DNA of 64,000 bases from Tortispora ganteri (Eukaryota): assembly GCA_003707115.1 (NCBI GenBank), contig PPNB01000001.1, positions 620,001-684,000 on the forward strand, written 5' to 3'. Every line of letters starts with the position of its first letter. Position 1 is the first letter of the stretch. This document shows positions 1 through 9,787 of the stretch, in pieces. A program made the translations under genes and the position numbers. Below the pieces are notes generated by a model that did not search any database, was not told where the DNA came from, and saw only the letters and a program-made list of their open reading frames with translations.

Positions 1-122
1 TGTACAATTTGTACTATTTAGTAGAGTTGTAGATATTACGTAATTTATGGGTTGCGTTGAGGGTTGTTTTATGTACGATAAGAAGAATGGCGTAAAGTGA
101 GACAATCGGGAGCAATGATAGT

Positions 123-1492
123 TTAGTTCTTTTTTTGTTTAACATTCTCTCTTTCATCAATCGCTGCTATTCTCTCTGCTAATATAGGGTGAGAGTAGTT
201 ATAAGCGCTGTAGAGAGGGTCAACATCCATTGCACTTAAGTTCTCGACATGAAGTTTAATCAAAGCATTCTTAAGGTCTTCACTGTAGTTAGCGTCTACT
301 GCGAAGGCATCAGCTTGATACTCGTATTTCCTAGACAAGTGTTTCATAAAAAACTGGAGTAAAGAATCGACAGGCTGAAGAAGATCACCAAAGAGCAAGA
401 AACCGACAAGTGCTGGCTGAGTATTGAAACCAAACGAAGCGTAGAGAGACTTGTTATGAATGAAAGAGGCAAAGAGTACAAAAATTGAGAATAGGTGTGC
501 CTGTCCTATAAGTAGGAGTTTTGTAGTATGAGAGAGAGACCAATGACCTAATTCATGAGCGAGTACCGCAGTTACTTCAGGGACAGTGCTTTGTGCAATG
601 AGAGTGTCATAGATGACGATCTGCTTACTCCAGGGGAGTCCATAGAAGTAGGCATTTGAATGAGTTGAGCGACGCGAGCCATCAATTTCGTAAAGTTTTT
701 TCAAAGGGAAGCTGAACCTAGAAGCGAGCTGTTCAACACTTGACCTGAGTTCGCCTTCTGGAAGAGGAGTAACTTTGTTAAACAAGGGCTGAATAAGGAC
801 CGGGTAGACAGCGTACATGATAACCTGGACGGCGAGCATGAATAGCCAGAGGTAGAAAAAAAAGGCGTCGCCAAAATTTTCAATAATTTTAAGGAACGCA
901 GCTAGCAATGGTACGCCAATGACGGTCAGAAGAAGCAACTGTTTGAGAAAGTCGGTAAAGAAGAGCCAGGGAGTTTGCTTGTTGAAACCAAACTTTTCTT
1001 CGAGAACAAAAGTTGAATATATGGACAGAGGCAAGGAAATTATTGTTGCAAATAATTGAAATAGAAGCGTGAAAACAATAGAAGTGTATATTTCAGTTTT
1101 GTAAGCAAGAGGCAAGATATTGGAGGCCAAAGACCACATGAATGGCAAGACGTCATATTTTACAATTAACAAATTTTGTACCAATCCATAGAGATCGCTA
1201 AAAAAGCCGAAATTGGATTTTGCAATTGAATATTTCTGACTCTTATCAAAAGTTTCCTGTTTAATGACAGATTTGAGTACTTTTGGTGGCTCTTTGCGTT
1301 TCAATACTTGATGCTGTCTGAAATTCAGGAACGTCTCCAGACCATATTTTGCCAGCGTAAAGCCAACAATAACTCCTTTCCAATTAAATCCGGGCCAATC
1401 AAATAATTCTCCAAATGTCTAATAGTTAGTGTATTGTTTAAATTTTTAGCTATTACTACAAGGCAGAAATTGCTTACCTTTATAATATCCAT
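123..1492 (-). CDS. STE24: CAAX prenyl protease 1 (zinc metalloprotease, M48 family); 2 exons: 1492-1478 and 1418-123
   Basis: HELGH zinc motif, DGSRRSTHSNAYFYG and YSHPILAERI motifs, multiple TM helices. Intron 1477-1419 (GTAAGC...CTAAC..TAG) restores the N-terminus MDIIKTFGELFDWPGFNWKG in frame (436 aa). Confidence 0.95.
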
Positions 1493-1543
1493 ATTGCAAA
1501 TCGTGTCGAAGGATAACTCGTTCCCAAAGAGTGACATACCATT

Positions 1544-3169
1544 ATGAAGAAATTACTAAAACCAAAATATATTACTACGCCTATATATTACGTGAATGCA
1601 GCTCCACATTTAGGACATTTATATTCGACAGTATTGGCTGAAACTGCTAGGAAATGGTACGAATTTAAAGGATTTCCTACAATGCTGTCTACGGGCACAG
1701 ACGAACATGGCACCAAAGTCGCACAGGCTGCACAACTCGCAAGAATGCAACCAAAAGAGTATTGCAATAAGACCTCGCAGCAGTTTCAGGAACTTGCTGA
1801 TTTTGCTCACATTAAGTACACTAATTTTATAAGAACAACTTCTTTAGATCACATACAAACAGTCTCACGTTTGTGGCAGCAGATAGAAGATAACGGATAC
1901 ATATACAAGGGATCTCACGAGGGTTGGTACTGTATTGGTGACGAAGCTTACTACGCTGAACACGAAGTTGAAGAAGTAATGAACCCGAAAACTAACGTAA
2001 AGTTGGTTCAGTCTAAAGTCTCAAAGAAGCCAGTCCAGTGGTACGAGGAGGACAACTATTTCTTCAAATTATCTGCCTTTCGCACTAAGCTTATTGACCT
2101 CATAGAAAAAAACGAACTCAAAATATACCCCGAGACCGTACGACAGTCTATCTTGCGTGAACTCAGTCTTGGAACTGAAGACCTCAGCATCTCCCGTCCT
2201 GTCTCGCGAGTCGACTGGGCTATACCTGTTCCTAACGATCCTTCACAAACAATGTATGTTTGGATCGATGCCTTAGCAAACTATCTCGTACCTGTACATT
2301 ATCCTTGGTCTTCTACTGAAGAAATGACTGCCAACGGATGGCCCCCCGACATGCACGTTATCGGAAAAGATATTCAACGATTCCATTGTATATACTGGCC
2401 GGCGTTCTTGCTGGCCGCAAACATCCCACTGCCTAAATCGATCATCGTGCATTCTCACTGGACTGTTGACGGCGTAAAAATGTCAAAATCTATAGGCAAT
2501 GTCGTCGATCCGTTTTTACTAATACAACGCTTTACACGGCCGCCAGTCAACCTGTTCCTTCTTGGAGACTCTAACCTCGAGAATGACGGCGACTACAGCG
2601 ACGAGAAGTTACTTTTGAGATATGAAATACAACTTAGAAGGAAGTACGGAAACCTGGTGTCTCGACTACAGTCTAAGTCTTTCAATATACCCAATGCTAT
2701 AAACCAGCATTTTAGCGCCAATGAGAAAGACATTCTGTCAAAGCCTGAGTACGCATCAATGTTCAGTAACGGTTTTATCGCAGAAATAGACACATTACGT
2801 GATAGGGTTGAGGATTCAATGGAGATGCTAAATACTGCAAAGGCATTAAGGGAAATTTGGCTTGTAATATCGGCCACTAACAAATACATTGATGACTGCG
2901 CACCCTGGGCGTTCAAAGGCTCAGAAGAGAATAAAATCGTTCAGAATGAAATTATATTCAGAGCGCTAGAAGCCGTAAGAGTGACTACTTTGCTTCTCCA
3001 GGTCTTTATTCCTGAAATTCCAAGCAATGTGCTAGATAGCCTTGGAGTTCATTCTGATAAACGCTCGTTCGAATATGCAGCCTATGGAGCAGACCCTACC
3101 TATGGAACTCATGAAGTTCAAAAATATCAACACCCCGTCCCTCGACTGCAAGAGGCGGACCTATTATAA
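1544..3169 (+). CDS. MSM1: Methionyl-tRNA synthetase, mitochondrial type
   Basis: YITTPIYYVNAAPHLGH (HIGH), GTDEHG, YVWIDAL and KMSKS motifs; short bacterial/mitochondrial-type architecture. Confidence 0.92.
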   Translation: MKKLLKPKYITTPIYYVNAAPHLGHLYSTVLAETARKWYEFKGFPTMLSTGTDEHGTKVAQAAQLARMQPKEYCNKTSQQFQELADFAHIKYTNFIRTTSLDHIQTVSRLWQQIEDNGYIYKGSHEGWYCIGDEAYYAEHEVEEVMNPKTNVKLVQSKVSKKPVQWYEEDNYFFKLSAFRTKLIDLIEKNELKIYPETVRQSILRELSLGTEDLSISRPVSRVDWAIPVPNDPSQTMYVWIDALANYLVPVHYPWSSTEEMTANGWPPDMHVIGKDIQRFHCIYWPAFLLAANIPLPKSIIVHSHWTVDGVKMSKSIGNVVDPFLLIQRFTRPPVNLFLLGDSNLENDGDYSDEKLLLRYEIQLRRKYGNLVSRLQSKSFNIPNAINQHFSANEKDILSKPEYASMFSNGFIAEIDTLRDRVEDSMEMLNTAKALREIWLVISATNKYIDDCAPWAFKGSEENKIVQNEIIFRALEAVRVTTLLLQVFIPEIPSNVLDSLGVHSDKRSFEYAAYGADPTYGTHEVQKYQHPVPRLQEADLL

Positions 3170-3253
3170 TGATTTATTTATTCATAACTATTTAATCTAT
3201 ATCATATCATTTAATTACACTCTACACCCGCGCAAAAAATTGAAGAAAAAATA

Positions 3254-3326
3254 TGCTCCGTGGGAGGATCGAACTCTCGACCTTCAGATTATGAGACTGA
3301 CGCTCTACCAACTGAGCCAACGAAGC
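3254..3326 (-). tRNA. tRNA-Met (CAT), elongator type
   Basis: Reverse strand reads GCTTCGTTGGCTCAGTTGGTAGAGCGTCAGTCTCATAATCTGAAGGTCGAGAGTTCGATCCTCCCACGGAGCA: cloverleaf, anticodon CAT, A and B boxes, followed by a T-run Pol III terminator. Confidence 0.96.
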
Positions 3327-3721
3327 ATTACACACGCAACTTTACAGCGGGGACTTTATTTAGCTTAGTACCATCACTTTTACAAAATAGATTGTGTTAA
3401 CCTATCATCATCCTGACAATTGCTGAAAAAGGAATCAACTTAAATACCAGAAAAACCTATACGTAGGTGTAAACTGCAGCGCTTATATTTACAATTGTTT
3501 TTACTAGAAATGTAACTGCTGCACCGACCGACAGGTAAGTTAGAGTGAGAGGCACTAGGCTCGGACTTATCGGACGCAGATCGACTGATTAAGTTCAGTA
3601 ATTTTACAAATAAATCATCACGATTGGTCGGATGAGTTACGATTTGCGTTTAATAGGACCATTAAACAGCATTATATAAATTCTTTTACAAGGCTTACCT
3701 TTCTTTTCGCAGTATGCGAAA

Positions 3722-5953
3722 ATGACAATCATGAATGAGGTAGAGCCATTCACTTTGAATAATTTGCACGAGTATAGCTATCAATTAGAAGCGATAAGGC
3801 GGAAATGCTATCCGCAGATCAAGAAACAGGTCTACTTGGATCATGCGGGAGTTGCACTACCTAATGCCATTGCAATCGACCTATTTGCTGAGTATATGAA
3901 GGCAAATCTTTTAGGTAATCCTCATTCATACTCTCCTTCTTCGCAGCTGGCATCTATTGAGATTGAGAAAGTTCGACGTCAAGTATTGCAGATGCTCAAT
4001 GCGTCTCCTTCTGAGTTCGTCGTCATATTCACCTCAAACACCACGTCAGCGTTGAAATTAATAATGGAAGCAGTTGGCAGCTCTAATACATCTGCTAGTA
4101 CTTATAGATTCCTAGACGCGTCACATACTTCTGTAGTTGGGTTGAGGGAAGGGTTTAAACAATATCAGTGCATGTCAGAATTAGAAGTGAATAGTTGGCT
4201 GCAGCAATATAGTGACGAAAGTGGCTTGTTCGCTTACCCTAGACAGTCAAATTTTAGCGGGGCAAGATACCCGATAGACTGGATACCGTTAATTGGCAAA
4301 CAACATCCTAACTATTACACTTTACTCGATGCAGCCAGCTACATGTGCTCTGGGTCATTAGACTACTCTGACTACTGTGCTTCGCCGCACTTTACGGTGT
4401 TCTCATTTATGAAAATGTTTGGTTTCCCAGACCTGGCTGCCCTTGTTGTGCGCAGAGACGCTACGATTTTTTTCAGCGCTAAGAAATATTTTGGTGGCGG
4501 CACAGTTGACGCCTATGTTCCTAATTCGGACTTCTCAGCACGCAAAACTGTGCTGTATGAGCAGCTCGAAGATGGTTCGCTGCCCATACATAATTTAATC
4601 GCTTTGAAATGTGCTATAGATTCTCATTTGCAGACATTTGGCTCTCTGAATGCTGTGTACAGTCATATTCATTCCGTCTACAGATACGCTATGTCCAAGC
4701 TCCTACAATTACGGTATTCTAACGGCAATCCATGTATACACGTTTACGGACGAAACTACCTAGACGAGAACGTACAGGGCCCGATTATTGCGCTTAATGT
4801 ACTGAACCGAGATGGTTCGTGGTACGGCTACAAGGACCTTGAGCGTCTTATGTCACTCCATGATGTGAACATACGAACTGGCCGTCATTGCAACGTCGGC
4901 GACGCTATGCAGTGGCTTGGACTAAGCGGCAAGACTCTTAAGCGATACTATGATATGGGCCACATTTGCGGTGATTCAATGGACATAATAGACAACGTTC
5001 CTACAGGTTGTGCGCGAATCAGTGTCGGCGCTGAAACAAGTTCAGAAGACATCGATTTTGTTCTGGATATTATACAAAAATACATAGTTATTCCTCAAGA
5101 TGAAGGCACTATGATGACAGGAAGACCCGAAGAAACCCAGCTATCTATTTCAGTGACCGAACTGAGCATATATCCCATAAAAAGTTGTGGGGCATACAAG
5201 ATCAGCAAAGGAGTTCGATGGCCTATCAGTGTCGGGGGCCTTGCCTGGGATAGACAATTTTGTGTCATAAGTCTTGACTCTGACAAAATCCTAAGCCAGA
5301 AAATGTACTCTAATATGGCATTAATCCAGCCTATTGTTGATCTAAATCATATGGAACTCAGACTGAGGTATGCTAAAGATGAATTGTCAGAGGAACTGAT
5401 TGTGTCACTAATGAAACCCGTAGAATCGCTGATTGTTCCAATCAGGGTGTGTGGAACAACGTACAATGTTGACCGGTTCACAGATAAGACAATTGAAGAG
5501 TTCTTCACTAGGAGTATCGGAGTTGCATGCACATTAGCGCGGTTTCCGAAGGAAGACGTCGGACTGAGTTTTGCCAACGAGTATCCCCTTCTAATTATTA
5601 ACCAGCAAAGCGTTGACTACTTGAACAGGAGTATTGGAGCAGTTGAAGTTACAGCAGGAACGTTTCGAGGCAATATAGTGGTCAATGGAAACATTGATGC
5701 GTATAGCGAGGATAATTGGAAAGGCATATCATTTGGAGATTTTGAGTTGAACGAGATTGGCCCTTGCAAGCGGTGTCTCATGATAACGAATGAACAAGAG
5801 ACGGGGGTGAAAAGAAAAGAACCTTACTCTACACTGTCGAAGACGCGCAAGACATCAAAGGGTATTATGTTTGGAGAACACTATACCTTTCTGTCGGAAA
5901 GCGCCGAGGGCTACATCAAAATCGGCGACAAGGGTGTTGTGAGAGTTAATTGA
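3722..5953 (+). CDS. Molybdenum cofactor sulfurase (MOCOS/HxB/ABA3 family)
   Basis: NifS-like PLP domain (YLDHAG, GNPHS, SFMKMFGFP, RTGRHCNVG) plus a C-terminal MOSC domain (IYPIKSCGA, WDRQF, FRGNIVV, CKRC). Confidence 0.9.
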   Translation: MTIMNEVEPFTLNNLHEYSYQLEAIRRKCYPQIKKQVYLDHAGVALPNAIAIDLFAEYMKANLLGNPHSYSPSSQLASIEIEKVRRQVLQMLNASPSEFVVIFTSNTTSALKLIMEAVGSSNTSASTYRFLDASHTSVVGLREGFKQYQCMSELEVNSWLQQYSDESGLFAYPRQSNFSGARYPIDWIPLIGKQHPNYYTLLDAASYMCSGSLDYSDYCASPHFTVFSFMKMFGFPDLAALVVRRDATIFFSAKKYFGGGTVDAYVPNSDFSARKTVLYEQLEDGSLPIHNLIALKCAIDSHLQTFGSLNAVYSHIHSVYRYAMSKLLQLRYSNGNPCIHVYGRNYLDENVQGPIIALNVLNRDGSWYGYKDLERLMSLHDVNIRTGRHCNVGDAMQWLGLSGKTLKRYYDMGHICGDSMDIIDNVPTGCARISVGAETSSEDIDFVLDIIQKYIVIPQDEGTMMTGRPEETQLSISVTELSIYPIKSCGAYKISKGVRWPISVGGLAWDRQFCVISLDSDKILSQKMYSNMALIQPIVDLNHMELRLRYAKDELSEELIVSLMKPVESLIVPIRVCGTTYNVDRFTDKTIEEFFTRSIGVACTLARFPKEDVGLSFANEYPLLIINQQSVDYLNRSIGAVEVTAGTFRGNIVVNGNIDAYSEDNWKGISFGDFELNEIGPCKRCLMITNEQETGVKRKEPYSTLSKTRKTSKGIMFGEHYTFLSESAEGYIKIGDKGVVRVN

Positions 5954-5996
5954 GGAACAGAAAAGAGAAAGTAATAACAAATAAAAACCCAAATGA

Positions 5997-6623
5997 TCAG
6001 TTTGTAAGATTGAATATGTTTGAAAATTTAGATATAGAGTCGCTTATAGAGTCGTCTATATTCTTTATTTGCTTGTTATAGGATTCGTTTTGGCGCTTTA
6101 ACTGTGTGAATTTTTGTTGCGCAGCTGCCAATTGTTTCTGAATATCAGCTCGTAAATCTCGCTCTTGCTGAAGTCTTTGAACAGTCAACTGGAGATCAGA
6201 GGATTCCTTAAGGTCTGGATTATCTTTTAGGAACTCGTCTAGCGGTTTTAAGTCTAGATCATCGAGTTTAAGTGGGTAGCTGTCTTGGATTTGGATGTTC
6301 TTCTTGAGGTCAGATATCTGGTACTGGCGGTTAATGGCCTCGAGTTCGTTCTTGTCGAGGTTTTCCCTACACTGGCTCACTTTAAATCTGAACTCGTCGT
6401 CAACAAGATACAATTTTCTGTTAAGACTACGCAGTGTAATCACAGAGGCGATGAGTTTGCGTCCGATACGCAAAGATTCTGCTTTACCCTTAGACACCTG
6501 TCGTCTGTACTCGTCAATGTATTGCTCAATTTGATCTAAACATACATTTGCCATCTTTACAAGTTGACAATGTTCCTCATAAATATCTTTAAAGGAATCT
6601 TCGCGAGTTTCAGGTTCTGTCAT
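5997..6623 (-). CDS. THO complex subunit 5 (THOC5/FMIP)-like coiled-coil protein
   Basis: LRSLNR...LDKNELEAINRQYQISDLKKNI...RLQQERDLR pattern resembles the THOC5 N-terminal coiled coil. Confidence 0.6.
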   Translation of the reverse strand: MTEPETREDSFKDIYEEHCQLVKMANVCLDQIEQYIDEYRRQVSKGKAESLRIGRKLIASVITLRSLNRKLYLVDDEFRFKVSQCRENLDKNELEAINRQYQISDLKKNIQIQDSYPLKLDDLDLKPLDEFLKDNPDLKESSDLQLTVQRLQQERDLRADIQKQLAAAQQKFTQLKRQNESYNKQIKNIDDSISDSISKFSNIFNLTN

Positions 6624-7499
6624 TGCTGTTGCGGTCGGAACTTAGACTACCAGCGCATGGCGCGGTGAAACTCATCCTTTGGGCAATTCCTCCCCCTTTC
6701 CTAGTCATTCATTATAATCCCCACCTTCACCACTCCCTGCGACAAATTACGCCATCTTCTAGCTAGCATTACGTATAATAATTATTTCGATCTGTGCTGA
6801 TATAAAATAAAAACTCGTTTCGGCTGCCGCACATAAGATCCAATGACATATAAAACATGTCGCATCTGATCGTTTCTGTCACGTGGAAACCTTATTTGAC
6901 TTTTTTTTTGGTTTTTTGCGCCCAGTAAGAGAGAAAAAAAAAGTATTCTAAAAGACCTCGAGGCGCTCCTAACTTCTTCCGCTACATATAAAAGAGAAGC
7001 GCTTTCAGAAATTCGCTGTTTTCTGATTGATTTTATCTTTGCAATCAATTGCAATTTATTATAGAAAGCGGTCTCTGTTTTTTTTTTCAGGTATCCTAGT
7101 GCCCAGATAACCTGCTGCTGAAAGAACGGCAATTCTGTAGTTTGCTTAAACCAGACAAAAGGAAAAAGTCCATTGTGTGATACTTATCATACAATATTTT
7201 AATTCATTAATTTAAGCATAAATTACTGCTTAAAATAACGCTGTTTTATAGCAATTATACAACTCCTTACCCTTCTTCCCCTTTTTGTTGAACGTCCTCG
7301 TCGCCCTGCAATTTAAATAGAGCGGCGACTCTTTGCACTTTAAAGCTCCTCTGCTTATTTTTTTTTTTTTCGATAGCCTAACTCGGAAAAAAAATAACTT
7401 GAAGCAAGGTTTTTGCGGTTTCTGATTATATCTAGCCCGTACAACACTTTCATCTTCCGCTCTTGACAATCACCGTTGATTGTTGAGCTTTTGAACCAC

Positions 7500-8837
7500 A
7501 TGTCTACCCAAATCGTTTCCGTTAAAGAAATATCTACCCAGAGATTGCCAATGGCCCCTTCTGCGACTACTTCGTTTAGCCCTGGATCTAGTGCGAGCTA
7601 CCTGCCATCCACAGATATTCTCAGCTCCGCCACTACCACTGACCATATCCTTGAGGGACTGCGCAGCTATGTATCGTCCATCGACCCCGACGAGTGTGAT
7701 GCAGGTGGCGAAGACCCATTCTTTGTCGCCGACATCGGGCGCATATACAACCTCCACATGATATGGAAGAAGCTCCTTTCCCGTGTCGAACCCTTCTATG
7801 CCGTTAAATGTAACAATGACCCTGTTGTGTTGCGTCTCATGGCTGCCCTAGGCACCGGCTTTGACTGTGCCTCTAAAGCCGAGATCACGCGCATACTGGA
7901 TCTCGGTGTATCAGCAGACCGTATCATCTATGCTCATCCTTGCAAAGCATCGTCGTTTGTTCGCTTCGCAGCCGAAAATAACGTCAAGAATATGACCATC
8001 GACAACGTTGAAGAACTCTACAAGTGCAAGAGGTTCTTCCCTGACGCCAACTTGTTCCTTAGAATTCACACAGACGATTCTAAGAGTCTCTGTAGGCTTA
8101 GCATCAAATACGGGGCTAAAATGGAAGATGCAGAAGAGATCTTGAAAGTCGCACAAGAACTCGGCCTTAATATGGTCGGTGTAAGCTTTCATGTAGGATC
8201 AGGCGCCTCTGACCCTGCGGCATTTGTTGAAGCCATTGAAAATTCTCGCCATGTCTTTGACATTGCTCTGGAGTATGGTCACATAATGCATACTCTCGAT
8301 ATCGGTGGAGGCTTTGTCGAGGAAACTTTTGTTAATGTCGCTCATATTATCAGTCGTACCCTTGACAAACTGTTCCCGCCTCATATTCGAATCATCGCTG
8401 AACCGGGTCGCTTCTACGTCGCTTCTGCGTTCACTCTTGCTACCCACGTCATTGCCCGCCGCTATATCCCAGAAGAAAACTCACATATGATCTACCTCAA
8501 TGATGGTGTCTATGGTAACATGAATTGTATCATCTTCGACCACCAGGTCCCTGAGCCTCATGTCCTGACGTATCAGCAGGAAATTGTTTATCCTGAACGG
8601 TACACACCCAGTACTAAAGTTAAGACTTCTTTGTGGGGACCTACCTGTGACGGAATCGACTGCGTCAGTGCTGAATGCTATCTTCCTTATTCAGTAGAGG
8701 TCGGCGACTGGATCTATTTTCCTAACTTTGGAGCGTACACTCTCAGCGCCTCTAGTCAGTTTAATGGCTTTAATGAACGATGCCATGTCGAATATATCTG
8801 CTCTGAACCTGCTGCTGCTTCACTGGCGGGAATCTAG
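7500..8837 (+). CDS. SPE1: Ornithine decarboxylase
   Basis: PFYAVKCN (PLP lysine), FDCAS, SFHVGS, LDIGGGF, EPGRF, WGPTCDGID; the first ATG is at 7500 (the ORF track starts at an upstream TTG). Confidence 0.96.
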   Translation: MSTQIVSVKEISTQRLPMAPSATTSFSPGSSASYLPSTDILSSATTTDHILEGLRSYVSSIDPDECDAGGEDPFFVADIGRIYNLHMIWKKLLSRVEPFYAVKCNNDPVVLRLMAALGTGFDCASKAEITRILDLGVSADRIIYAHPCKASSFVRFAAENNVKNMTIDNVEELYKCKRFFPDANLFLRIHTDDSKSLCRLSIKYGAKMEDAEEILKVAQELGLNMVGVSFHVGSGASDPAAFVEAIENSRHVFDIALEYGHIMHTLDIGGGFVEETFVNVAHIISRTLDKLFPPHIRIIAEPGRFYVASAFTLATHVIARRYIPEENSHMIYLNDGVYGNMNCIIFDHQVPEPHVLTYQQEIVYPERYTPSTKVKTSLWGPTCDGIDCVSAECYLPYSVEVGDWIYFPNFGAYTLSASSQFNGFNERCHVEYICSEPAAASLAGI

Positions 8838-9165
8838 ACGACAAAGTGAGACACACATTACTCCATGACACTTATTGTCTGTATACAGACACCCAACAAT
8901 CAAAATTCACCTACTCATACACTCATATACAACTCACACGGAGGTCGGTTACTGTGAGTTACTTTCATTTCAGCCTTCCGCCTTGTTTTCTTACATCTTT
9001 GCGTAATTCTACGTGCTTATTTAATATAATGATCTCGGTTATGGTCTACAGTCTGATCTTTTGCAGTAGTAATTGGCATTATATAGCTAAAAACAAGCCC
9101 ATATACAACTAGACCCTTTTCACAGCCATATTTTAGGATTCGTTACACATTTAGCTGTCCATTTC

Positions 9166-9387
9166 TTAGTTAGAAGCGGGGACAGTCTTGACGCTGAGTC
9201 CAGGAGGAAGAGATTGTGTAAGCTTGGTGGCCTTTTGTTGGTCGTTGACGACAACAGTGTAGAGGTGACGCTTGCAACGGACCTTGAATTTGGTCTGGCT
9301 GCCGTTCTTCTTAATGCGGGCCTCAGTGGCGTCCTTACGAAGGGCGTGCTCTAAAAATTCCTTGATGCTCTTGAGTTCGCGGGCCAT
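9166..9387 (-). CDS. RPL38: 60S ribosomal protein eL38
   Basis: [12 protein letters not shown]...KFKVRC..LYT....KL.QSLPP signature; no intron. Confidence 0.95.
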   Translation of the reverse strand: MARELKSIKEFLEHALRKDATEARIKKNGSQTKFKVRCKRHLYTVVVNDQQKATKLTQSLPPGLSVKTVPASN

Positions 9388-9463
9388 TGCTTAAAAATTA
9401 ACTGCTATCAAATGAAGGTTCATTGAATCGCGAACCTCTCTACGTGCTTGGGAGTACTGAACG

Positions 9464-9496
9464 CAGTCACGCTATCATTTAGGGTTATGTAACCCT
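9464..9496. promoter_or_regulatory. Ribosomal-protein promoter elements: Homol D-like CAGTCAC (9464-9470) and palindromic Tbf1-type AGGGTTA-TG-TAACCCT (9481-9496)
   Basis: Both motifs are directly visible 77-110 bp upstream of the RPL38 ATG. Confidence 0.6.
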
Positions 9497-9787
9497 GCAC
9501 TCCCAGTTGCCCCCACCTACACGCACGTAGATCATTATAGTCCCTTCCTTTAACCATAACAGGGCACTCAATCAAGGGCTCACCACTAGTGCACGCCTTT
9601 GGCACAACGTGCAGGGAACTCGTATATGCTCTAAATTCTACGTCCCTTTGTAGGGAACGAAATGTTCAAGTTTCCCTTGCGCCCTCTTACATCCCCTGTC
9701 ACTCTTGAACGCATGTTTTACCCGGAGACTGCCATTTTATAATTTGATCTAGATCTGTCATGGCTCTTATATCTCTCTCATACACCA

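Noticed and set aside
3535..3712. Possible 5' UTR intron of MOCOS (GTAAGT...CAG)
   Set aside because: No canonical CTAAC branch site near the acceptor, and a TATA-like box lies inside it
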